Origin: a virus
Taxonomy: Duplodnaviria; Heunggongvirae; Uroviricota; Caudoviricetes
Direction: 5' to 3' (one strand)
IMG/VR virus record: IMGVR_UViG_3300020034_000006
Span: 64,001-83,385 of that record
DNA length: 19,385 nucleotides
Shown here: positions 1-6,897 of the stretch, piece after piece
Layout of the letters: every line of letters starts with the position of its first letter
Numbering within the stretch: position 1 is the first letter of the stretch
Translations under genes and position numbers: made by a program
The notes under the pieces: generated by a model
Seen by the model: the letters and a program-made list of their open reading frames with translations, nothing else
What the model was told of the DNA's origin: nothing
Database searches by the model: none

Positions 1-588
1 GGTGAGTGCGTCGGCGAACTCCTCGACCGTGCCAGTTGCGAGGTTGTTGGTCTCAGTGAGCACGTCCGCCACGCGCTGCATCTGCTGCATGTTCTTGATT
101 GGGTCATCGAACGAGATGCCCAAGGCGGATTGCGAGTTGACCAGGTAGTCGGTCGCCTGGGCCATGTCCATGAGGCCGGCCTGAGCGAACTGAGCGACGA
201 CAGGCAGTGCGGAGATCGATTGCTCGGCATCGAGGCCGGCGCTGAACAGGCCGTAGTACGCCTCAGCGGCCTCGGTTGCCGAGAAGGTGGTGACCCGGGC
301 GACGGACTTGGCCGCCTCTTCCAGGCGCTTGCGCACGGGGCCCGAGATGTTGTCGAGGATGGCCGTCGACTTCACCATGGCGTCATCGAAATCGATGAAC
401 GCCTTGACGCTCTTGGCGGTGAAGGCGGCGAAGCCCACAGCTCCGATAGCGCCCAACGTGAAGAGCGCACGACCAGCCTTGCCGAATCGGGTTTCTACAC
501 GCTTGGCGGCTCCTTCCAGGCTCGCGAAGCCGCGGATAGCCGCTGTTGCGTTGCTCGTAATGATCAGGTCGAGTCGTCTAACAGCCAT
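1..588 (-). CDS. Tape measure protein, N-terminal part (runs off the left edge; not in the ORF track)
   Basis: Manual translation from ATG at 588: MAVRRLDLIITSNATAAIRGFASLEGAAKRVETRFGKAGRALFTLGAIGAVGFAAFTAKSVKAFIDFDDAMVKSTAIL...TTFSATEAAEAYYGLFSAGLDAEQSISALPVVAQFAQAG...; open to base 1. TP901-type tape measure core motif; follows the tail assembly chaperone. Confidence 0.93.
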   Translation of the reverse strand, partial: MAVRRLDLIITSNATAAIRGFASLEGAAKRVETRFGKAGRALFTLGAIGAVGFAAFTAKSVKAFIDFDDAMVKSTAILDNISGPVRKRLEEAAKSVARVTTFSATEAAEAYYGLFSAGLDAEQSISALPVVAQFAQAGLMDMAQATDYLVNSQSALGISFDDPIKNMQQMQRVADVLTETNNLATGTVEEFADALT

Positions 589-606
589 ATGTCAGCCTCA
601 CGAGAA

Positions 607-634
607 AGGGCCGCCCCCACTGGGGGGCGGCCCT
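607..634 (-). terminator. GC-rich hairpin, possible terminator or attenuator between chaperone and tape measure
   Basis: Perfect 12-bp stem AGGGCCGCCCCC/GGGGGCGGCCCT with 4-nt loop, followed on the minus strand by TTCTCG (weak U tract). Confidence 0.55.
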
Positions 635-641
635 GGCGGGG

Positions 642-1213
642 TCACCGTTTGCGCCGAGGATTCGGGCGCTTCTGACTTGCCTTCTTGGCGTCCGATTGCT
701 CCTTCTGCTTCTTGTCTTTGTAGTGACGCATGTACGCATCGATCTCGGCGTCGGTGAGAACTTCATCGCCCCCGAAGTGCCAAGGCATCAGCCCGTACTC
801 CTCTGAGAAGTAGGGCAGTTGCTTGGTCAGGTTGCGGCGACTAAAGGGTCGTCATCGACCTCGACCTCGTTGCCCTCTTGGTCTTCGATGCGGAAGTCGA
901 GCTTGTTCACCAACTTGTCCGTCGGGAACTTCGCGAGCACCTGCTGGAAGTTGAGGTTGGGCTCACCGCTCTTGCGGCGAGCCAACCAGAGGATGAACAC
1001 CGGAGTGTCCGTGTCCTGGCGGCTGATCACCTCTTGAAGTGAGAGGCCGGTCTGCTGGCGGCAGGCGAGACGGTCGGCAGGACCAAGCTGATCGGAGTGG
1101 AGCTTGTACGTCTTGTCGCCCTCCTGGACAACCATGACGTAGACGGGAGCCTCTTCCTCGTCGGCCTTGCCCTTCTCGCGAGCGGCGAGACTGGTTGCTG
1201 GCTTGGCTGGCAT
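642..1213 (-). CDS. Tail assembly chaperone G-T fusion via -1 programmed frameshift (about 190 aa)
   Basis: Slippery heptamer C CCT TTA (plus 842-848) in the correct X XXY YYZ phase near the end of the chaperone ORF. The -1 frame is open for 66 codons (SRRNLTKQLPYFSEEYGLMPWHFGGDEVLTDAEIDAYMRHYKDKKQKEQ...RRKR) to TGA at 642-644. Confidence 0.85.
827..1213 (-). CDS. Tail assembly chaperone (gpG-like, 128 aa)
   Basis: ATG at 1213 with upstream AAAGGAAAGG RBS; position between tail genes and tape measure; acidic C-terminus ending at the slippery site. Confidence 0.85.
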   Translation of the reverse strand: MPAKPATSLAAREKGKADEEEAPVYVMVVQEGDKTYKLHSDQLGPADRLACRQQTGLSLQEVISRQDTDTPVFILWLARRKSGEPNLNFQQVLAKFPTDKLVNKLDFRIEDQEGNEVEVDDDPLVAAT

Positions 1214-1241
1214 GGTGGTGTTGACCTTTCCTTTGTCGGGT

Positions 1242-1679
1242 TCAAGAAAACCCAGCGGACTGCTCGATGATCTGGCTATAACCTTCCGTGAACTCCTCAT
1301 TGTTTTCATCGGTTTGTTCACGGATAACCGGATAGAGCATGTAGCCGGCCGTATCGCCCTTGCCTCGCCATGGAGGGAATTGGCGGGTGGTGGGCCGACG
1401 CCCACCACCGAACTCCGCTCCCAGGATGTAAGGGTGTTCGTCTATGAACAGACGAATGATGGGGCGCTGGTTGATCGCCTTGATGCCAGGAGCCGCTTTG
1501 GCATGAACACTGCCAAGGCTTTCGCCTTTGTCCCTGGCTAGCCCGGCGATACGGCCGGCTTGCGCCTGATCCTCTTCGGCTAGGGATTGCGGCAATCGCT
1601 GCTGCAACCTGCCGATATCGGTGAGCATCGAGGCCAGTGGAATGCTGTTGATGCCTCCGAAGCTGCCAGGCTTTGCCAT
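1242..1679 (-). CDS. HK97 gp10-like tail/neck component (145 aa)
   Basis: Motif PYILGAEFGG...RQFPPWRG...AGYMLYP recognised from actinophage gp10-like proteins; structural context. Confidence 0.65.
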   Translation of the reverse strand: MAKPGSFGGINSIPLASMLTDIGRLQQRLPQSLAEEDQAQAGRIAGLARDKGESLGSVHAKAAPGIKAINQRPIIRLFIDEHPYILGAEFGGGRRPTTRQFPPWRGKGDTAGYMLYPVIREQTDENNEEFTEGYSQIIEQSAGFS

Positions 1680-1682
1680 TGC

Positions 1683-2696
1683 CTAGAACGCGACGTCGTC
1701 GCTCTGGTACTCGATCTTCACCGCCGGGTTCGTGCCGTCGTGCAGGCACATGAACTCGATGGGCTGGTTGGGCAGGTCATCGAGCGACACCTCGGGGGTG
1801 TTGCCGGTGAACTGCACGTTCATCGTGATGCGCAAGAAGTAGGTCCGACCTGCCGCGATCGCGTTGGCGTTGGGATGACGCCATTCGGCGACGACAGGGA
1901 TGATCGAGGACGCTCGCACAGCGTCGTAGAGGACGCCATCGACGTAGTCGAACTCCATCGAGCCCGTGATCTCGGGAACGCCCGACCGGATCGGCTTCTT
2001 CTTGAGCGTGCTCCTGCGCATGTAGTAGCGCTCACGGTTGACCTCATGAGGAATCGTGAGGCTGAAGCTGCGCGTGTCGCCCAGAGCGCCCCCGCTGACC
2101 GAAACCTGAAGCTCGGGCCATCCGTAGACGAACTGGCTGTTGGGGTACACCGGGACCGGAAGGGCTTGGCCGCCATCAGCGACCAGAAGCTCTTGCTGAT
2201 AGTCCATGCCAAAGGTCGCCTTGAGCTGACCCGAGTCGCCGTCACCGACCTCCTGCTCAAAGCTCACCTCATGGGTGACTCCGCCAGCGTAGGTCCAAGG
2301 GACCGGTGCGTCTGCGGGGTTGACAGGTGGGCGGCCGATGACCGCTGTGATCGACTCGTCAGGCGCCTTGGCGTCTGTGCTGAAGGTCTGCAACCACGCA
2401 GCGGTCGTGCCCTGCTGCGCGATGGCAGCAAGTCCGATCGAGTTGCGCAGCATCATGCCGAAACCGCGCTCGTGCGGATGCAGCGTGATCGAGCCCTCAG
2501 CTCCCTTGAAGATCATGCGCCGACGATCGGTGCGGACGGTCTGAAGGCCCGCCCGCATGCCGACGGATTGCAGTGGTTCGCGCTGAGCGCTTGCGATGTC
2601 CTCAAGCGCTTCGATCGAACGGGTCGGAACGACGGGAGTGCCATAGACGGTCTCACGCCCGATGTGCACTTGTGCGTCGAGAACGCCACCGGACAT
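1683..2696 (-). CDS. Major tail (tube) protein (337 aa)
   Basis: Beta-rich; N-terminal G.ETVYGTPV, EGSITL, FSLTIPHEVNRERY, EITGSMEFDY and C-terminal NTPEVSLDDL..QPIEF pattern typical of siphovirus tube proteins; position. Confidence 0.85.
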   Translation of the reverse strand: MSGGVLDAQVHIGRETVYGTPVVPTRSIEALEDIASAQREPLQSVGMRAGLQTVRTDRRRMIFKGAEGSITLHPHERGFGMMLRNSIGLAAIAQQGTTAAWLQTFSTDAKAPDESITAVIGRPPVNPADAPVPWTYAGGVTHEVSFEQEVGDGDSGQLKATFGMDYQQELLVADGGQALPVPVYPNSQFVYGWPELQVSVSGGALGDTRSFSLTIPHEVNRERYYMRRSTLKKKPIRSGVPEITGSMEFDYVDGVLYDAVRASSIIPVVAEWRHPNANAIAAGRTYFLRITMNVQFTGNTPEVSLDDLPNQPIEFMCLHDGTNPAVKIEYQSDDVAF

Positions 2697-2881
2697 CAGC
2701 TATCACCTTCCTTCAGGGACCGGGGCGAGCGAGGCTGCGCCCAGTTGACGGAGTCGCGGTCGAGGATTTCAGCCGTCTCTTCGGAGACGTCGACCGACTG
2801 GCCTCGTGAAAGGACCATCTCGACGTCATCGAGCCGAGTGACGATCTCGGTACATGAACCGACGTAGATGCGACGGGGCAT
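2696..2881 (-). CDS. Small hypothetical virion-module protein (61 aa)
   Basis: TGATG overlap with the upstream gene and 1-nt overlap with the tail tube start; GAAGGAG RBS for the next gene lies within it. Confidence 0.7.
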   Translation of the reverse strand: MPRRIYVGSCTEIVTRLDDVEMVLSRGQSVDVSEETAEILDRDSVNWAQPRSPRSLKEGDS

Positions 2882-3285
2882 CAGACCAACTCCCTCTCAT
2901 CTTGCGAGGGGGAATAGGTGATCTCGGAGATCTTCTCTCCCGAGAACCCTGGGCGCTTCGGCGGATCGATACGCACGATCTCGCGCTTGTAGAGCGCACC
3001 AGGCTTCGGGCCTTCGTCCTCGCCCTCGACGGCCCAAACCTTCTGACGGAACTCGCTGACTGCTCGTCCCTTGACGAAGTCACGGACTTCTTCGCCGGTC
3101 TTCGTCTTGAGGAAGACGACAACGACCGGCTTCGGATTGCCATCAGGGAACGTCTTGGTCTCGCCCGTTGCGAGATCAACGTCGTCGCGGTACTCGACCT
3201 TGACGATCGTGCCCTCGGCCGAGTCACCGACCTTGCTCATCGTTGCAGCGGGTGGTCCGCCGCCCTTCTTGAAGGGATCGCTCAC
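2881..3285 (-). CDS. Putative single-stranded DNA-binding / OB-fold protein (134 aa)
   Basis: GTG start with GGAGG RBS. GGGPPAA..KVGDSAEGTIV...D..TGETKTFPDGNPKPVVVVFLKT...VKG...GP.PGA...RIDPPKRPGFSG.K...ITY resembles the actinophage SSB-like family (recognised from memory). Confidence 0.6.
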   Translation of the reverse strand: MSDPFKKGGGPPAATMSKVGDSAEGTIVKVEYRDDVDLATGETKTFPDGNPKPVVVVFLKTKTGEEVRDFVKGRAVSEFRQKVWAVEGEDEGPKPGALYKREIVRIDPPKRPGFSGEKISEITYSPSQDERELV

Positions 3286-3287
3286 GA

Positions 3288-3737
3288 TTACCTCCTACCG
3301 GTGATCCGGATTTCGATCTTGCAAGCGACCCCTCGGCCGTCTTGCATGACATAGGGGTCGTAACGCCAGCCCGCTACGCGGGCGGCGAGGACTTTGTCGC
3401 CGGGGGTGTCGATGCGCTTCTCCTCAGCGATCTCGCGAAGCACTTCACCCACTAGCGGAGTGATGTCGGCCCGAGCTTCTGCGGTGGACCCGCCTTCCTT
3501 GAAGGAGTCGCACACGACGTAGAAGCTGTAGCTCTCGTTCATCTTGATTGGGCCAGCTCGCATGCCAGCGACTTGCTCGTCGCTTCTGGCGTCATCGACC
3601 CAGATGGTCCGGTGAAAGGCCAATTCGCCGGGCCAGGAGTCCTCAACTTGGATCTCGTTCTGGACGATGTAGGGCCGCTCGCGCATGGCGGAGACGAAAC
3701 CGATGATCGCGTCGTCAAGAGACCAGTAGGAGTCCAT
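3288..3737 (-). CDS. Tail terminator / tail completion protein (149 aa)
   Basis: Likely start ATG 3737, just after the adaptor stop (TGAgATG); MDSYWSLDDAIIGFV...ESYSFYVVC...EARADITPLVGEVLREI...CKIEIRITGRR alpha/beta pattern; position. Confidence 0.65.
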   Translation of the reverse strand: MDSYWSLDDAIIGFVSAMRERPYIVQNEIQVEDSWPGELAFHRTIWVDDARSDEQVAGMRAGPIKMNESYSFYVVCDSFKEGGSTAEARADITPLVGEVLREIAEEKRIDTPGDKVLAARVAGWRYDPYVMQDGRGVACKIEIRITGRR

Positions 3738-3738
3738 C

Positions 3739-4575
3739 TCAGGTCCCCGCCACGGGCACGGAGACCCGTCGAGCCCACTTGAGGACAACGGCATCGACAT
3801 CAGGAATGCCGAAGGGCTGCTTGAGCCCAGCGACAGCCAGCCGGAGTGTTCCGGCCTCGGTCCCGATGGTGACTGCCTGAGGCGGCAGTCCTTGCCGCCG
3901 TTCCATGAGCAGGTTGGCTCGAACCGCATGGATCGCCTTGCGCTTCAAGTCAGCGGGCGGACTCTCGTCGTAGCCAGCCTCGAACTTGAAGACAACGTTG
4001 CGGTGACCGGTAGCCCAATCACCGCTGCTGTCGCGCCAGACGTAACGACCGTCCAACTCGACCTCCGAGGTGACATCGATCGAATCCTCGGACACTGAGA
4101 TCAGGTTGATGACGAAGTTCTCACTCAACCGGATGAATTGGCCTCGGCCGCTGGTGCGTTGCTCGACATAGCGGGCCACGAAGTACGTATCGCAGTTCGC
4201 CTCGATCTGATCCTCGACCGCGGCGCGCTGGCTCTCGATCTCTTCGTCACTGAAGGTCGCGTCGAGCCGACCAACAGCTCGTGCTTCGGTAAGACCGAAG
4301 TAGTAGGCACCAGCAACCTCGACCCACTCCTTGCGGGAGTAGGTGGAACCGTTGACCGTGCCGGTGAAGACGAGCCGCAGCTCGTCAACCGCTTCGACCA
4401 TCGAGTCAGCCAGCATGTAGGAATAGATCCCGCCGCCGACGCTCGTGGCCACGAAGGGCCCCACCGTCGTCTCGTCTCGGGCGCTGGTGACCGAAACGGT
4501 GACGTTGCCGGTCGCTACGTCGGGGAAATCGACGGAGATGGCCTTGGGATCGCCGACAGCGACTCGAATGGCCAT
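3739..4575 (-). CDS. Head-tail adaptor (gp6/gp15-like) with an extra N-terminal beta-sandwich-like domain (278 aa)
   Basis: Likely start ATG 4575. YFGLTEARA...DEEIESQRAAVEDQIEANC, FEAGYDESPPADLKRKAI and GIPDVDAVVLKW are adaptor hallmarks; the first ~88 aa are beta-rich. Confidence 0.75.
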   Translation of the reverse strand: MAIRVAVGDPKAISVDFPDVATGNVTVSVTSARDETTVGPFVATSVGGGIYSYMLADSMVEAVDELRLVFTGTVNGSTYSRKEWVEVAGAYYFGLTEARAVGRLDATFSDEEIESQRAAVEDQIEANCDTYFVARYVEQRTSGRGQFIRLSENFVINLISVSEDSIDVTSEVELDGRYVWRDSSGDWATGHRNVVFKFEAGYDESPPADLKRKAIHAVRANLLMERRQGLPPQAVTIGTEAGTLRLAVAGLKQPFGIPDVDAVVLKWARRVSVPVAGT

Positions 4576-4577
4576 GA

Positions 4578-4835
4578 TCAACGGCCCTTGTGAGGCCTGG
4601 TGGGGTAGGTCTGCAACGCGGGAGTGGGCTTGCCGGCTTCCATCTTCACGGGGGCCGGCTTCTCGTCCTTGACGGGCTCGGCCGGCTCCGGCTCGGGCTC
4701 GGGAATGAGTCCGCACTCCTTGGCCAGCTCGACCGAGATGAACTGGCCCGGGATGGCCACGAGGACCCGCGTGTGCGGGTCCACTTGCCTGTGGACTCGC
4801 CCATGCTTCTCGGTAACAAGGAATCTGTTTTCCAT
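4578..4835 (-). CDS. Small head-module hypothetical protein with Pro/Glu-rich tail (85 aa)
   Basis: ATG 4835 with GAGGAGAGG RBS; typical small ORF between capsid and adaptor. Confidence 0.7.
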   Translation of the reverse strand: MENRFLVTEKHGRVHRQVDPHTRVLVAIPGQFISVELAKECGLIPEPEPEPAEPVKDEKPAPVKMEAGKPTPALQTYPTRPHKGR

Positions 4836-4846
4836 CAGACCTCTCC

Positions 4847-5398
4847 TCAATCGCCGTGCAAGTGCTGGGGGTGGACGTCCCAAGTGACATCAGCGGGACC
4901 GTGGAAGTCCCAGTGCCATTGGGAGAAGGTCGAGTCGTTGAAAGCGACAGCGACATGCGAAAGTTGGTGCAAACGGAAGGCATGCCACTCCTGCAAGAGG
5001 CATTGCGGCAGATAGATGCAGCCAAAGCCGAAGAAGTCGGTCTTCGGGGCGCCTTCCTCGATGGGGATGAACCCCATACGACGGTGGATTTGAAGGCAAC
5101 CACCGCCGCCGTAGTTCTTGCTGTACGGAGCAACAAGGATCTTGTCGGGAGTCGCCTCAGCCATCTCGGCGAAGCGGGCCCTCTGGTCTATCGAGAGGGC
5201 GACATCCCATTCGAGCATGCAGAACCCAGGGTCATCGGCAGGCAGGCCGCCCTCGACCTTGCCGTAATCGCACTGCGTCATCGTCAGCTTCGGCAAGCTG
5301 TCTTGCACATAGGCGCGATGCGCTGGCACCTGAGCGGGCCACGAGCGATACCACTTGAGGTTGGAGTGAATTGCGTACACGTCCTGCCACCAGTCCAT
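4847..5398 (-). CDS. Glycosyltransferase-like (GT-A fold) protein (183 aa)
   Basis: Likely start ATG 5398. GFCMLEWDVAL (DxD-equivalent position), ILVAPY, KTDFFGFGCIYLP, NDSTFSQW and DVTWDVHPQHLH parallel the GT2 motifs in order and spacing. Confidence 0.55.
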   Translation of the reverse strand: MDWWQDVYAIHSNLKWYRSWPAQVPAHRAYVQDSLPKLTMTQCDYGKVEGGLPADDPGFCMLEWDVALSIDQRARFAEMAEATPDKILVAPYSKNYGGGGCLQIHRRMGFIPIEEGAPKTDFFGFGCIYLPQCLLQEWHAFRLHQLSHVAVAFNDSTFSQWHWDFHGPADVTWDVHPQHLHGD

Positions 5399-5416
5399 GA
5401 GAGGCGAGAGAGGGAA

Positions 5417-5444
5417 GGGGCCGGCGGGGCTGCCCGCCGGCCCC
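5417..5444 (-). terminator. Intrinsic terminator-like hairpin after the major capsid gene
   Basis: 12-bp stem GGGGCCGGCGGG/CCCGCCGGCCCC with 4-nt loop, followed by pyrimidine-rich TTCCCTCTCTC on the minus strand, 8 nt after the capsid stop. Confidence 0.7.
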
Positions 5445-5451
5445 AATCCAC

Positions 5452-6795
5452 TCAGGACAGAGCGACGCCGACGATCTCGGCGAATGCCCGCGCCTGGACA
5501 ACCGAGAACGCAGCGCGCATCTCGGCCAGGATGGTGATGATGCCCTTCCTGAAATCATCACCGTCCGAGTCGGTCGCAGCGACCTGGATGCCGCTGCGGA
5601 CCCACAGGGTTGCTCCCATCTTCCAGTTGCCGACGATGGCCGACGACGTGGGGACGGCAGTGGTGATGACGCACGGCTTGCCCCAGATGTTGGGGGGAGT
5701 CGTGAGCTGTGGTCCCTGAAGGTTCAGGTAGTGACCATCCGTGCCCTTGCTCAAAACAAAGTTCTGATACGTGGTGGGGTGGATGGCGAACGCATCGGGC
5801 TCGTCCTCCAGCGTCAAACGCACAGCGGTCATACCGCGGTGGAATGCGTCGGGAACGCTCAGGCCGGCAGTGTTGACTTCCTGCACACCGACGTTGTTGA
5901 GAATGCCGGTGATGTTGTCACCGGTACCCGAACCGGTGACCATCTGGGTGTCGAGCCGCTTGCCGACACCGTAGATGAGCCGGTTGTCGAGAAGGGTACG
6001 AAGCTGCCCGGCGTCAGCCAGGTTTCCCTTCGTAGCCTTGACGTAATGCGGAATGCGCTTGACGCTGACTTCGCGCCGGTCGTACTCGTAGTCCGCCGCC
6101 GGGGCGAGCGAGCCGTAAGGCGTCTCCACGGCGCCTTCAGTTCGCACGGTCTCCTCGACGTACTCGACCATGTCCGTGTCGGTGGTGCCGACGGTGACGA
6201 GGTCGCGGATGCGGAGCTGCCGAACGGGGATCGGCACGGGCGGGAAGAGCCGCTGGTCATCGGGGACCAGCGGGTCCACGTCGAACGCCATGTGCTGGGA
6301 CGGGAACAGGTAGCTGAAGAGCTGTTCCCGCGAAGCCACCGCGACCGGGTCGATGTTGACCCGAGCGCCGTTCATGTCGAGCGCACGGCTCTTCTTGAAC
6401 TGGCGGTAGTTCTCCGAAGCGAGGAACTTGTCCGCCAGGCCCACGACGCGCTTCATGTCGGGGTGATCGAGATCACCCTTGGAGCGGTGGTCAGCCTCGT
6501 GGCCGGCACTGACGACAAGCCGCTGGAGCCGACGCTCCAGCTCGACCGCCTGCTCGGCGCACTCATCAGCGTCCTTGTAGCCGCGGTCGATCCTGTCGAA
6601 CGCGTCCTTGTCCTCCGAGCTGAGACCGGTGACGGGGTTGAGACCGGCACCCTTGATCTCTTCGGCGAATGCGTTCGCGGTCTCCCGCTTGATGGCCTCG
6701 GTCTTGCGCAGCTCGCGGATGCGATCGTTGAGCTGGGAGATGTCCTGCTCCCGCTCGGTCTGCGCCCGGCTGGGCAGAGTGGCAGTATCGGTCAT
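5452..6795 (-). CDS. Major capsid protein, HK97 fold with N-terminal coiled-coil delta domain (447 aa)
   Basis: LRIRDLVTVGTT, KRIPHYVKAT, LDTQMVTGSGTGDNITGILN, MHP-equivalent IHP, KGTDGHYL, IWGKPCV, IVGNWK, ILAEMRAAFSVVQARAF; GAAAGG RBS. Confidence 0.96.
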   Translation of the reverse strand: MTDTATLPSRAQTEREQDISQLNDRIRELRKTEAIKRETANAFAEEIKGAGLNPVTGLSSEDKDAFDRIDRGYKDADECAEQAVELERRLQRLVVSAGHEADHRSKGDLDHPDMKRVVGLADKFLASENYRQFKKSRALDMNGARVNIDPVAVASREQLFSYLFPSQHMAFDVDPLVPDDQRLFPPVPIPVRQLRIRDLVTVGTTDTDMVEYVEETVRTEGAVETPYGSLAPAADYEYDRREVSVKRIPHYVKATKGNLADAGQLRTLLDNRLIYGVGKRLDTQMVTGSGTGDNITGILNNVGVQEVNTAGLSVPDAFHRGMTAVRLTLEDEPDAFAIHPTTYQNFVLSKGTDGHYLNLQGPQLTTPPNIWGKPCVITTAVPTSSAIVGNWKMGATLWVRSGIQVAATDSDGDDFRKGIITILAEMRAAFSVVQARAFAEIVGVALS

Positions 6796-6820
6796 ATCCG
6801 TTTACCTTTCGAGTTAGCGG

Positions 6821-6854
6821 ATAAACAAAAGACCCCCGGCAAAAGCCGGGGGTC
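6821..6854 (-). terminator. Canonical intrinsic terminator directly upstream of the capsid gene
   Basis: 10-bp stem GACCCCCGGC/GCCGGGGGTC, TTTT loop, then TTTTGTTTAT on the minus strand. Confidence 0.75.
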
Positions 6855-6897
6855 CTAGGCGGGTAGCGGATATGCCGCTACGTATTTCTCACCAAGG

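Noticed and set aside
578-766. 62-aa minus-strand ORF in the track
   Set aside because: Wrong frame; the region is better explained by the -1 frameshift extension, the hairpin and the tape measure start.
3739-5136. 465-aa ORF as a single gene
   Set aside because: The N-terminal 187 codons overlap two better genes in other frames and are low quality; start reassigned to 4575. Similar trimming was applied to the 827, 3288, 9592, 12003, 12813, 13584, 16354 and 18661 ORFs.
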